Shown here piece after piece: positions 1-9,028 of a DNA stretch of 64,000 nt. The DNA comes from Clostridiales bacterium (GTDB lineage: Bacteria > Bacillota > Clostridia > Oscillospirales > CAG-272). Under the pieces are notes generated by a model, which ran no database searches, was not told the origin of the DNA, and worked only from the letters and a program-made list of their open reading frames with translations. The translations under genes were made by a program, and so were the position numbers. Numbering within the stretch: the first letter of the stretch is position 1; the number at the start of each line of letters is the position of its first letter. The stretch is from NCBI GenBank assembly GCA_012837425.1, contig DURE01000050.1, forward strand, positions 9,278-73,277, given 5' to 3'.

Positions 1-2146
1 TCAGTGTCACCTTGTTGTCGTTGACCGTCCCTGCCGTTATAGTAACGCCGACAGGCTTGTATGCCGAACCCGAGGCCGATTTGCTGGCGTTGTTATACCA
101 GGTTATGGTAGCAGACAGGCCGTTTGACATATTTGTGGTGGTAACCGTAATTGTGAGCCCCGAGACCGATTTTCTTCTCTCGAGTACACCCCCGGTAAGC
201 TCGCCTACCGAAACCGACTGATTGCAGAGCCTCAGTATCTGATTGGCTCCGCTCCCCTCGTTCTTCAGGCCGAATGAGGAGTTGTCCGAGGAGAAGTAGC
301 CGCTCAGGTTGGCATTCACCGGGTTGATTATATCGATAGGAGACCCAGCGCCGGGCGCGGCTTCGGTGGTTATGCCGATTCTCGCATTTCCCGAGAGTCC
401 GTTTGTCGTATCGACGGTGACCACCCTGCCAACCGGCAGGTAAACATTGTTCGGGGCGCCGGATTTTGTGTTTCCGAAGACATACGCTCCGTAGGATACC
501 CTGAGCGTCCCGCTTGCATACACGCCGCCGCCGTTTGAGGACGCAGAGTTGCCAGTGACGCTTCCCCTTAAATCAACCACGCCGCCGCTGACAATGTATA
601 TGCCGCCGCCGTCGACCGCAGTGTTGCCCGATATTGTCGCCGACTGACTCAGCATAATATCGACCAGACCGGCATATATGCCGCCGCCGCTTGAGGATAC
701 AATATTGTTGGTGATATTTGCGGTGTTTACCGTAAGCCCGGCAAAATCATTCAGGAATATTCCGCCGCCGTTGGCCGCCCTGTTGCCGGTTATGACTCCC
801 CCGTTGAGTGTCAGGCTTCCGGTGTTGTAAACGCATATGCCGCCGCCGTTGCCGGTGTTGTAGCCGCCGGTGATTCTGCCTGTGGTGGTGGCGGTATTGT
901 CAATAATCAGGTTGCCCGAAACTCCGATGACATAACCGCTGTCAGTAGCCGAGGTAAGACCTCTTGAGAGGGTATAGCCGTTCAAATCAAGCCGCACGGT
1001 CTTGCCGGCCGGGATTTCAAGCGCAGCTGTTGTGGTAATATTCCTCTGCATGAGGATATATGTCGTTGTGCCGTCGGCAATATCGGCCACGTAAGCCATC
1101 GCTTCGGCAATAGTGCCCCCGCCGTCGCTGTAAGATGAAGTAGAACCCCAGATAACGTCCTGAAGCGCGATTGCCACCACCTGCGCGCTCCCGCTGCCCG
1201 AGTTTACTATTATATACTTTCTGTTGTCGGATTCAAAGTAGGCGCTGTAGTTTGCGTTGTTTACGTTAGTGATAACAAAAGCCGTGGTCGCGGTCGGCGC
1301 GGTAGAGGCCGAAACGCCGATTTTTGCGTCGCCGCTAAGACCCGAACTGGCTATTGTTATGCTTCTGTTGGTGATGTAAATGTTGCTTTTGCTCCCGCCG
1401 CTGAGCACAGCTCCGCTGATGGTGCCGCCTGTGACGTTGTCAATAATTTTGGGAGAGCCCGAGACCGTCAGGTTCGTGCCGAAGTATACCCCTCCGGGGG
1501 CGCTTGCCGCAGTGTTTTCTTTTATTTCCCCGCCTTTAATCACGCAGGCGCCGTCGGCATATATTCCCCCGCCCTTTGACATGCTGGCATTGAGCCTCAC
1601 CTCGCCGCCCTCGATATTGACAATGCCGGCCGAGGTCGCATAAATGCCGCCGCCGTTTGAGGAGCTTCGGTTCAGCAGAACAGAACCGCCCCTGAGCGTA
1701 AATGTACCGGTGACGTATACGCCGCCGCCGTATCCCGAATTATAGCCGCCGGTTATTATGCCGCCGCCTATGCTGCTGTCAACCGTAAGAGAGCCCAGCA
1801 CGTTGAAAACGTTGCCGTTTGCTACCGCCGAGGTCAGACCCCGGTCAATTTTGTAGCCGGCAAGGTCAAGCACGACGGCTTTGCCGCTGTTGATGGTTGT
1901 CGCCGAGGTGGTGTTCACGTCGCGAAGCAGCTTAATATACGCAGTTCCGGAAGTAAGTCCGTTTGCGTAACTGATTGCCTGCGCAAGAGTACCGCTGCCT
2001 GTCGAATATTCTGTGTTCGGTCCCCACATCGCCTCGTTGCCGGCGTCGGCGCCGGCATACACAAGCGCGGCTCCCGCCGTCGCGGTTGCAAACATCAGTG
2101 CCGTCACAATTAAGGCAAGCGCTTTTCGGGTAAGTAGCTTTTTCAT
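1..2146 (-). CDS. Secreted repeat protein with PMP-like / right-handed beta-helix repeats. It is 5'-complete and its C-terminus runs off the left edge.
   Basis: Absent from the ORF track because there is no stop codon in the window. My hand translation of the reverse strand from ATG at 2146 gives MKKLLTRKALALIVTALMFATATAGAALVYA (signal peptide). More than 715 codons follow without a stop, with recurring NGGGIYA / GGGVYV / NGGGIFL / DGGGIYI motifs and G/N/T-rich beta-strand repeats. Confidence 0.75.
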   Translation of the reverse strand, partial: MKKLLTRKALALIVTALMFATATAGAALVYAGADAGNEAMWGPNTEYSTGSGTLAQAISYANGLTSGTAYIKLLRDVNTTSATTINSGKAVVLDLAGYKIDRGLTSAVANGNVFNVLGSLTVDSSIGGGIITGGYNSGYGGGVYVTGTFTLRGGSVLLNRSSSNGGGIYATSAGIVNIEGGEVRLNASMSKGGGIYADGACVIKGGEIKENTAASAPGGVYFGTNLTVSGSPKIIDNVTGGTISGAVLSGGSKSNIYITNRSITIASSGLSGDAKIGVSASTAPTATTAFVITNVNNANYSAYFESDNRKYIIVNSGSGSAQVVAIALQDVIWGSTSSYSDGGGTIAEAMAYVADIADGTTTYILMQRNITTTAALEIPAGKTVRLDLNGYTLSRGLTSATDSGYVIGVSGNLIIDNTATTTGRITGGYNTGNGGGICVYNTGSLTLNGGVITGNRAANGGGIFLNDFAGLTVNTANITNNIVSSSGGGIYAGLVDIMLSQSATISGNTAVDGGGIYIVSGGVVDLRGSVTGNSASSNGGGVYASGTLRVSYGAYVFGNTKSGAPNNVYLPVGRVVTVDTTNGLSGNARIGITTEAAPGAGSPIDIINPVNANLSGYFSSDNSSFGLKNEGSGANQILRLCNQSVSVGELTGGVLERRKSVSGLTITVTTTNMSNGLSATITWYNNASKSASGSAYKPVGVTITAGTVNDNKVTL
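280..2040 (-). repeat. Internal tandem duplication of a module of about 293 aa within the beta-helix protein
   Basis: Module 1 reads WGPNTEYSTGSGTLAQAISYANG..TAYIKLLRDVNTTSATTINSGKAVVLDLAGYKIDRGLTSA. Module 2 reads WGSTSSYSDGGGTIAEAMAYVADI..TTYILMQRNITTTAALEIPAGKTVRLDLNGYTLSRGLTSA. Each is followed by GGGIY-type repeats. The module starts are about 880 nt apart (near 2030 and 1150). Confidence 0.6.
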
Positions 2147-2287
2147 GTCCAAAAACGTCCTTTCTTCTTTGAATTGTTTTTGGTTAATTCCAGTATATGG
2201 CTATAACTATTTTAAGCCGGTTTCAAGGCTGATAATCACCAAATTTTGGACAATTTGTTAATTATGCCGTTGTTTTCCGGGCTGTCG

Positions 2288-3646
2288 TTAATTTTTCAGG
2301 CTCTGTATCGGCGCCGGGATGCGGCCGCCCCGCGAAATAAAGCGGGCCGGCGACCATTTGTTGACCGGCATCACCGGGGCGTTGCCCAAAAGGCCGCCGA
2401 AGCTGACCACATCTCCCACGTCTTTCCCGTACACGGGAATAACCCGGACGGCGGTGGTTTTCCTGTTAACCACACCGATTGAAATTTCGTCGGCGATAAT
2501 GCCGCAGATAACCGCTGGGTCGGTGTCGCCGGGAATAGCTATCATGTCAAGCCCCACCGAGCAGACCGCGGTCATCGCCTCAAGCTTGTCTAATGTCAGC
2601 GCGCCTCGCTCAACCGCGGCTATCATGCCGGCGTCCTCCGACACCGGTATAAAGGCGCCCGACAGCCCCCCGACCTGCGAGGAGGCCATGACCCCGCCCT
2701 TTTTCACCGCGTCGTTGAGCATGGCAAGCGTGGCGGTGGTTCCGTGTGCCCCACAGGACTCAAGCCCTATTTCCTCAAGTATGTGGGCTACCGAGTCGCC
2801 TACCGCTGGCGTCGGGGCGAGCGACAGGTCGACAATTCCGAAGGGTACGCCCAGCCGGGAGGCGGCCTCGGCGGCCACAAGCTGCCCGACCCGGGTTATC
2901 TTAAATGCGGTTTTTTTGATGACCTCGGCTATTCGCGAGAGGTCACAGTCGCCGGCCCGCCTTACCGCCGAGGCGATTACTCCCGGACCCGACACCCCGA
3001 CATTTATGGCGACCTCGGGCTCTCCTATTCCGTGGAAGGCGCCGGCCATAAAGGGGTTGTCCTCGGGTATGTTGGCGAAAACCACCAGCTTGGCGCAGGC
3101 TATCGAGCCATGCCCCCTGCTCAGATACGCCGCGCGCTTTATTGTCTGCCCCATTCTGGCGATAGCGTCCATGTTGATGCCGGCCTTGGTGGTGGCGACA
3201 TTGACCGACGAGCAGACCAGCTTGGTCCCGGCCAGCGCCTCGGGGATAACCGAAATCAGGTTTTCGGCGCCTGTTGTAAAACCTTTATGTACCAGCGCCG
3301 AGAAGCCTCCGATAAAGTTTATGCCAATAGCTCCGGCGGCGCGGTCGAGTGTGTGCGCGACCTTGAGATACCCTTCGGGAGATATGCTGCCGCCGACAAG
3401 TGATATGGGGCTTACCGATACCCGCTTGTTGACAATCGGAATTCCGTACTGCTTTTCGATTTCCTCGCCGACCGGAACCAGCCGGCGCGCGGTGCGGGTG
3501 ATTTTATCGTAAATTTTCTGACACAGGCGGTCTGTGTCCTCGGACACGCAGTCAAACAGGGATATCCCCATAGTGATGGTCCGGATATCCAGGTTTTCCT
3601 GGCGTATCATATTTATAGTTTCGAGAATATCAGACGTGTTAAGCAT
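2288..3646 (-). CDS. UPF0210 / DUF711 (PFL-like) family protein
   Basis: I trimmed the track ORF 2288..3763 to the internal ATG at 3646. The resulting N-terminus [33 protein letters not shown] matches the typical UPF0210 start. Length is 452 aa. Confidence 0.85.
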   Translation of the reverse strand: MLNTSDILETINMIRQENLDIRTITMGISLFDCVSEDTDRLCQKIYDKITRTARRLVPVGEEIEKQYGIPIVNKRVSVSPISLVGGSISPEGYLKVAHTLDRAAGAIGINFIGGFSALVHKGFTTGAENLISVIPEALAGTKLVCSSVNVATTKAGINMDAIARMGQTIKRAAYLSRGHGSIACAKLVVFANIPEDNPFMAGAFHGIGEPEVAINVGVSGPGVIASAVRRAGDCDLSRIAEVIKKTAFKITRVGQLVAAEAASRLGVPFGIVDLSLAPTPAVGDSVAHILEEIGLESCGAHGTTATLAMLNDAVKKGGVMASSQVGGLSGAFIPVSEDAGMIAAVERGALTLDKLEAMTAVCSVGLDMIAIPGDTDPAVICGIIADEISIGVVNRKTTAVRVIPVYGKDVGDVVSFGGLLGNAPVMPVNKWSPARFISRGGRIPAPIQSLKN

Positions 3647-3665
3647 ACAAAAGTTCCCGGCTTTC

Positions 3666-3935
3666 TTATATTCGGTGCATTGAATTGAAAATATCCTCGT
3701 GCATAACGTGTATGTCAAGGTTTCTGGCGCGGCCCAGCTCGGTGAGCCTGTCGGCAAATTCAATAAACGGAATTTTTAAATTTTCAACATCGACAAGCAT
3801 TATCATGGCAAAATATTCGCTGAGCACTGTCTGCGATATTTCGAGTATGTTTGCGTTGCTCGCGGCGCATTCAGTGCTGACCAGCGAGATAATTCCCACG
3901 CTGTCCCGGCCCGTTACTGTGATTACTGCTTTCAT
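3666..3935 (-). CDS. ACT-domain protein (UPF0237), the usual partner of UPF0210
   Basis: 89-aa product [38 protein letters not shown].., taken from the ATG at 3935. It lies directly upstream of the UPF0210 gene, which is the usual conserved pairing. Confidence 0.75.
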   Translation of the reverse strand: MKAVITVTGRDSVGIISLVSTECAASNANILEISQTVLSEYFAMIMLVDVENLKIPFIEFADRLTELGRARNLDIHVMHEDIFNSMHRI

Positions 3936-4150
3936 TTTCAATATGATACCTTCCAGAATTATAGCTGTGCCAATATTATACAGCATTTTTTTCTGTATTT
4001 CAAGTGGCACATAACAATATAGTGAAAATATAAAATTGCAGGTTGTTTTGCCGGCGGGAATATTGTATAATAATGTGGAAAAATAAACGGCCCGGCAGAC
4101 CTGCTTCCGCGGCTCCGGCCGAATCCTTCCACAAAGGCGGGTTTTTATAT

Positions 4151-4693
4151 ATGAACGAACTTTTCTCATATGAATTTACCGTCTCACAAAAGCATGAGGG
4201 CAGGTATTTCTGGGCGCGTGTCTTCCTTCTTGCGGCTTATGTTTTGTATGTTATAATCGTCCTCTTAATCGGCGCCATGACCCGTATTGTGGCCCCTATG
4301 CTCGCCTTTATTCCGCTGAGCGTATGGATGCTGGTCTTTATTACCTGGCGGTATGTGAATGTGGATTACGAATACTCCATAGTATCGGGAGTTCTGACCT
4401 TTACCAAAATATACGGAAACCGCTCGCGCAAAAAAATCACCGAGATCCGGCTCAAAGATGCCTCAGCCATCGCCCCGCTGGGCGACCGGCTGCAGAAAAG
4501 CAGGCTCGAGGCGTGGGGCGCCGAACGGGTCTGGTCTGCTATGTCCTCATCCTCGGCAAAGGATGCTTATTTCATCATTTATGTAAATGACAAAAACGAA
4601 AAATGCGCCTTCCTCTTCGAAGCTACCGAAAAGGCGCTTAAAATATGCAAATACTATAATCAGTCAACCGTCGTGACAAACGTGAGCCGCTGA
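4151..4693 (+). CDS. Hypothetical membrane protein with two predicted TM helices
   Basis: Start taken at ATG 4151 (MNELFSYEF..). There are two hydrophobic stretches, VFLLAAYVLYVIIVLLIGA and APMLAFIPLSVWMLVFITW. I do not recognise a family. Confidence 0.6.
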   Translation: MNELFSYEFTVSQKHEGRYFWARVFLLAAYVLYVIIVLLIGAMTRIVAPMLAFIPLSVWMLVFITWRYVNVDYEYSIVSGVLTFTKIYGNRSRKKITEIRLKDASAIAPLGDRLQKSRLEAWGAERVWSAMSSSSAKDAYFIIYVNDKNEKCAFLFEATEKALKICKYYNQSTVVTNVSR

Positions 4694-4697
4694 GTTT

Positions 4698-4739
4698 GCG
4701 GGGGCGCTGCCCCCGCACCCCCGCTCATGGAACTTTTTT
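4698..4739 (+). repeat. Composite hairpin repeat, copy R1
   Basis: Sequence gcgggggcgctgcccccgcacccccgctcatggaactttttt, immediately after the stop codon at 4693. It has a GC hairpin (GCGGGGG/CCCCCGC), then CCCCCGCTCATGGAACTTTTTT. Confidence 0.8.
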
Positions 4740-4740
4740 G

Positions 4741-5129
<389 letters not shown>

Positions 5130-5133
<4 letters not shown>

Positions 5134-5173
5134 AGCACCTTGAGCGGGGGCACGGGTGCGGAGTCCCTGCACG
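5130..5173 (-). repeat. Composite hairpin repeat, copy R2, inverted relative to R1
   Basis: Sequence aaaaagcaccttgagcgggggcacgggtgcggagtccctgcacg, ending 4 nt from the AraC stop codon at 5177. Confidence 0.75.
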
Positions 5174-5176
5174 TCC

Positions 5177-6061
5177 TTACTCGCTGTTTTCGATGATTTC
5201 CTTGCCGGTGGCGCGGTATTTGCCCGGGGTGACCCCGGTTGCCCTGGCAAAGACACGGATAAAATAAGAGGTGCTGTTGAACCCCGAGGCAAAGGCGGTC
5301 TCGGTAACGCCTTTGCCTTTTTTTAGCATCATTTTGCTTCGGCTTATACGCACGCTGCGGATATAGTCGTGCACGGTAAAGCCGGTATACCGCCGGAATA
5401 CCCGCGTCAGGTAGTCCTTGTTCATATAAAAATGGTTGGCAATTTCGTCAACGCCCGAGAGCGTCCGGTAGTTTTTACGGACATATCTTATAACGTCATA
5501 TATTATATGGGGCATGTCGGCCGGACCGTAGAGTTCCGAATTGCGCTCCGGGTATCCGGCCTCATTGTTGATGAATATCAAAAGCTCGGCAAGCCGGCCG
5601 AGGACGGTAAGCGGGGGCAGTTCGGAGGCCGGGTCGGTGCACTGTTTTATATCCTCAAGCAGCTCCTTAAACTTATCTCTGGTGTCCGGCGGGATTCTGA
5701 GCAGGTTTGTCCCCGAGAACCGCTCGTCATAGAATATGCCGAGCGTCGCTTTGTTTCCGCCTTCAATCCAGGAAAACGCGTCCCCGGGTATCCAAATAGC
5801 ATATCTCTCATAAACCGAGTCCTCGGCCGCCAGTGCATAATGCGGCTCGCCCGGGCGGCAAAAAAAGACATCCCCGAAGCTGAGCCTGTATGTTTTCCGG
5901 CCGGCAAAGTGCAGCATTTTGCCCGACAGAATAAGGCAGATTTCCATGAAGGGGTGCTCGTGCATATGGTCGTAATAGGTTTCGGGCGACACCTTTTCCC
6001 TGGCATACCTGATTTTAGCAGGATGGTTCCCGCTAAGAGCAAGCACTACATGCTGCCTCAT
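5177..6061 (-). CDS. AraC family transcriptional regulator (cupin-like N-terminal domain plus HTH)
   Basis: The C-terminal AraC HTH reads ..VDEIANHFYMNKDYLTRVFRRYTGFTVHDYIRSVRISRSKMML...TETAFASGFNSTSYFIRVFARATGVTPGKYR. The start is moved to ATG 6061 (MRQHVV..), preceded by GGAGGAGGG. Confidence 0.9.
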   Translation of the reverse strand: MRQHVVLALSGNHPAKIRYAREKVSPETYYDHMHEHPFMEICLILSGKMLHFAGRKTYRLSFGDVFFCRPGEPHYALAAEDSVYERYAIWIPGDAFSWIEGGNKATLGIFYDERFSGTNLLRIPPDTRDKFKELLEDIKQCTDPASELPPLTVLGRLAELLIFINNEAGYPERNSELYGPADMPHIIYDVIRYVRKNYRTLSGVDEIANHFYMNKDYLTRVFRRYTGFTVHDYIRSVRISRSKMMLKKGKGVTETAFASGFNSTSYFIRVFARATGVTPGKYRATGKEIIENSE

Positions 6062-6267
6062 ATTCCGCCCTCCTCCAGGTGTTTCTTGATTTATATTCCA
6101 CACACGCCAAACCCTGTCAATCGCCGGCCTTATGACCCGAAAAACCGCCTGACGTCAGTAACCGGCGATTTAATATATAACAATATAATTTTTACATCTA
6201 CCTTGAAAACTTTTATAAACAATGTTATACTGAGGGCGCGACTGGCAGTATATAATTGTATGCTATG

Positions 6268-6310
6268 ACAAAATGCAGGGCAATTGTGCTAAGCAGTCAG
6301 GCTTGCCCTG
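6268..6310 (-). terminator. Probable intrinsic terminator of the PocR-AraC gene
   Basis: On the minus strand, CAGGGCAA..(18 nt)..TTGCCCTG is followed by CATTTTGTCAT. The 5' arm overlaps the last codons and the TAG stop. Confidence 0.45.
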
Positions 6311-7107
6311 AATTCGCTCGGTGTCATCCCCATTTCCTTTCTGAACACCTTTGAAAAATAGCACTGGTCAGAAAACCCGCAGCGCTCGGCCACCTCGCCT
6401 ATCGAGACATCGCTGTTTTTGAGCATTTCGGAGGCCTTACTTAAGCGAACCTCGACAAGATACCGGTAAACCGTCTTCCCGTATGCCTTGTTGAAGGTGT
6501 TTATCAGGGTGGTTTTGCTGCAATTGTAATGCCGGCACAGGTCGCCGAGCTTGATTTTCTCGGCATAGTGCGAGTTTATATGGATTTTAATCAGCTCGGC
6601 CAGACTGCGCCCGTAGGCCTGCATGACGTTTTTCAGTGTTATGTATTCGGCACAGATTGTCATGATATTTACATAAGATGAAACCATGTCGGCCTTGATT
6701 ACCGGAATTTTGGGGATAAGCCGCTCCATGTCGGCCGGCATCATATATTTTTTCAGCGCCTCCCTTATCTTGTCGTGTGCCCCCGGCAAATCGTCGATAA
6801 CCTGGCCCATCATAAGGTATCCTGACAACACCCCGTTGTGGTAAACCGGGCTGATTGCCTCAATCAGACCAAAGTTGCAGTGGTAGAGAAAGCCTCGTCC
6901 GGTCTCATTGACTTTTTTGAACGCGCCGGCGTCCGACATAAGACAGCGCTCGCAGGCCTTAGGGTGGGATTTTAAGCGGTTGCAAAACTCAAGGTCATGC
7001 TCCGGGTATGCGGCCAGCACTTTATATTCGGTGTTAAAGAGGGTTATCTTAAAGCCGGATATTTTGTACAGTTCCTTCATTATGGGTATCAGCTTTTCAA
7101 GATACAT
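6289..7107 (-). CDS. AraC family regulator with an N-terminal PocR-type sensory domain
   Basis: The N-terminal half (..FCNRLKSHPKACERCLMSDAGAF...YHCNFGLIEAISPV..) resembles PocR. The C-terminal AraC HTH reads LGDLCRHYNCSKTTLINTFNKAYGKTVYRYLVEVRLSKASEMLKNSDVSIGEVAERCGFSDQCYFSKVFRKEMGMTPSEFR. Confidence 0.85.
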   Translation of the reverse strand: MYLEKLIPIMKELYKISGFKITLFNTEYKVLAAYPEHDLEFCNRLKSHPKACERCLMSDAGAFKKVNETGRGFLYHCNFGLIEAISPVYHNGVLSGYLMMGQVIDDLPGAHDKIREALKKYMMPADMERLIPKIPVIKADMVSSYVNIMTICAEYITLKNVMQAYGRSLAELIKIHINSHYAEKIKLGDLCRHYNCSKTTLINTFNKAYGKTVYRYLVEVRLSKASEMLKNSDVSIGEVAERCGFSDQCYFSKVFRKEMGMTPSEFRASLTA

Positions 7108-7234
7108 CGACCGGCGCCTCCTTCCCCTGTACTGAAACTATTGTATTATGTTTTTTAAAAAAAGTCAACATGTTTTATTTTTTACACTAAAAACCCACAC
7201 CAATACTAAAATTTTATGCAGAAAGGAACCTGCT

Positions 7235-8713
7235 ATGAAAAGAATTGTCATTCTTCTGCTCGTTCTTCTCATGATTTTCCCGGCCGCAGCCTGCGCCAGG
7301 CCCGACGACAGCTCGGACACCTCGGCCGACTCCACCCTGCACGGGGAGCCGAATGAGACGGATACCGCCGAAGAGACCACCAACCCCAATGAGGCCGACG
7401 ACCTCGGAAACCCGGACTTCGACAGCGCAATCTTTAATATTCTAACCCGAAAAAGCACCTCCTACGAGATTTAGAGCGACGAGATAACCGGTGACCTGGT
7501 GCCCGACGCTGTCTATGACCGCAATGTAACAATTGAAGACCGCTTTGGCGTAAAATTCAATATAATCGAGCTTCCCGGCGACTGGGGCGACCGCGACGGG
7601 TTTATGGCGGCAGTTCAAAACAATATTGCCGCCGGCCTTCATGACTATGACCTTGTGCTCACCCACTCGGCCTATATCGTGAATATCGCGGCCAAGGGCT
7701 GCGGCTACGATATGAGTCAGCTTGACAACATCAATTTCGACAAAAAGTGGTGGTGCCGCAAATATGTCGACAATGCCGCGCTGTACAGCCGCTATTACAC
7801 CGCCATGGGCGACCTCTGCTATACGCTGTATGCGTATATGTCCTGCGTGTTTTTCAACAAAATGCTGGCCGAGAGCGTCGACCTGCCCGACCTATACGAG
7901 CTTGTGCAGAACGGAACCTGGACGCTTGAGAAGCTCAAGGAGTTCGCCTTCCTTGTCGGCCAGGACCTTGACGGCAACGGCGTCTACAACGAAAGGGACC
8001 TCTTTGGCCTTGGCATCAACAACCACTTCTGCCGGATGACCGCCACCTTCTGGGACGCGAAAATTACCGTGCCCGGCAGCGACGGCAAGCAGATGATAAA
8101 CCTGCCTAACGAGAAGTACTATGCAATCTACGAGCAGCTCTTTGACCTTGTGCACAACCATAAGGAAAATGTCTTCTTTGCCGACGAGGGCTCGGTTATC
8201 CAAACCAACATGTTTATAAACGACCAACTGCTCTTTTTTACCGAAACCTTACGGAACGCCGCTACAATGAAGGATATGCAGTCGGAATACGGGATACTCC
8301 CGATTCCTAAATACGACGAACAGCAGGAAAACTACATATCCTCGGCGCGCGACTTCATGACCGCAATCCTTGTTATGGCTAATATAACCCGGCCCGAAAT
8401 AGTCGGGACTGTGACCGAGGCGCTCTGCATGTACGGCTACCGGAAAATTACCCCGGCATATTATGAGACCACGCTAAAATACAAGTACTTAAGCGACCCG
8501 GTCGCCATGCAGATGCTTGACCTCATCCGCGACACCATGACATTTGAGTTTGCCGCTATCTACACCAACTCAATTATCCTTATCTACTCCACACTCGGAA
8601 CACACGTCAGGGACGGCACCAAGAGTATCGCCCCGCTGATAAAGGCAAACTCAAAAATATGGCAGAAGTCGGTAGACATCCTTTACGAGGATTTTGCAAA
8701 AATCAACAATTGA
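7235..8713 (+). pseudogene. Solute-binding lipoprotein (LplA-like ABC substrate-binding family), paralog 1, interrupted by an in-frame TAG at 7472-7474
   Basis: Track ORFs 7148..7474 and 7499..8713 are in the same frame and separated only by the TAG. The joined product has a signal peptide and lipobox (MKRIVILLLVLLMIFPAAAC). It aligns across the stop with the paralogs at 43742 and 50931: SYEI*SDEITGDLVPDAVYDRNVTIEDRFGV versus PEFEETEITGDVVGDAIFQRNMNIEERLGV. Confidence 0.8.
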
Positions 8714-8721
8714 CTTCTACC

Positions 8722-8799
8722 TGCGGGGGGTTCTGCCTCCACACCCCGCTGGGGTACGACCGCTGGGCGCTGCCCTCATGCCCCCGCTCAAAAACTTCA
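8722..8799 (+). repeat. Composite hairpin repeat, copy R3 (degenerate)
   Basis: Sequence tgcggggggttctgcctccacaccccgctgggg...gggcgctgccctcatgcccccgctcaaaaacttcac, starting 9 nt after the stop codon at 8713. Confidence 0.65.
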
Positions 8800-8824
8800 C
8801 AAAGCTAAATCGCAAATAAAGTAG

Positions 8825-8850
8825 GCGCGGGAGCCATATCCCGCGCTTTT
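8825..8850 (+). terminator. Intrinsic terminator downstream of the binding-protein pseudogene
   Basis: GCGCGGGA-gccata-TCCCGCGC followed by TTTT. Confidence 0.6.
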
Positions 8851-8907
8851 GCTGCCAACTGATTTATCGGCTGACTTGGTAAGGGAGCGCGGGTTTTTGT
8901 CGTTTTG

Positions 8908-8953
8908 ATACCCAAATAAAATTACAGCCGCAGGTCCGAAGACTTGCGGCTGT
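8908..8953 (-). terminator. Probable intrinsic terminator of the tilS-hpt-ftsH operon
   Basis: Stem ACAGCCGCA / TGCGGCTGT with a 12-nt loop. On the minus strand it is followed by AATTTTATTTGGG. Confidence 0.5.
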
Positions 8954-8980
8954 TGCTGTATAACAAATAAAATCGTATTA

Positions 8981-9025
8981 AAATTTTTGAGGTAGTTTTT
9001 TCTCGGGGGCAGCGCCCCCGACGCG
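8981..9025 (-). repeat. Composite hairpin repeat, copy R4 (short)
   Basis: Sequence aaatttttgaggtagttttttctcgggggcagcgcccccgacgcg, abutting the ftsH stop codon at 9029. Confidence 0.6.
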
Positions 9026-9028
9026 TTG

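Noticed and set aside
6203-6231. A perfect-spacing plus-strand promoter-like motif (TTGAAA, 17 nt, TATACT) pointing into the 3' end of the PocR-AraC gene.
   Set aside because: No plus-strand gene follows, only a 29-codon ORF with no RBS. It lies in an AT-rich intergenic region where such matches arise by chance. An antisense RNA is possible but unsupported.
7221-7240. A 17-nt identity (GGAACCTGCTATGAAAA) between the translation-initiation regions of the genes at 7235 and 48571.
   Set aside because: It spans the RBS, the ATG and Lys codons, which are all constrained, and the similarity stops immediately on both sides. It is probably coincidence or common signal-peptide usage rather than a shared mobile cassette.
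7472-7474. The in-frame TAG in the binding-protein gene as a pyrrolysine or other recoding site.
   Set aside because: TAG is used as an ordinary stop codon nearby (the PocR-AraC gene at 6289 ends in TAG). No pyl genes or PYLIS-like context are visible, and the paralogs have ordinary residues at that position. A nonsense mutation or a sequencing error is simpler.
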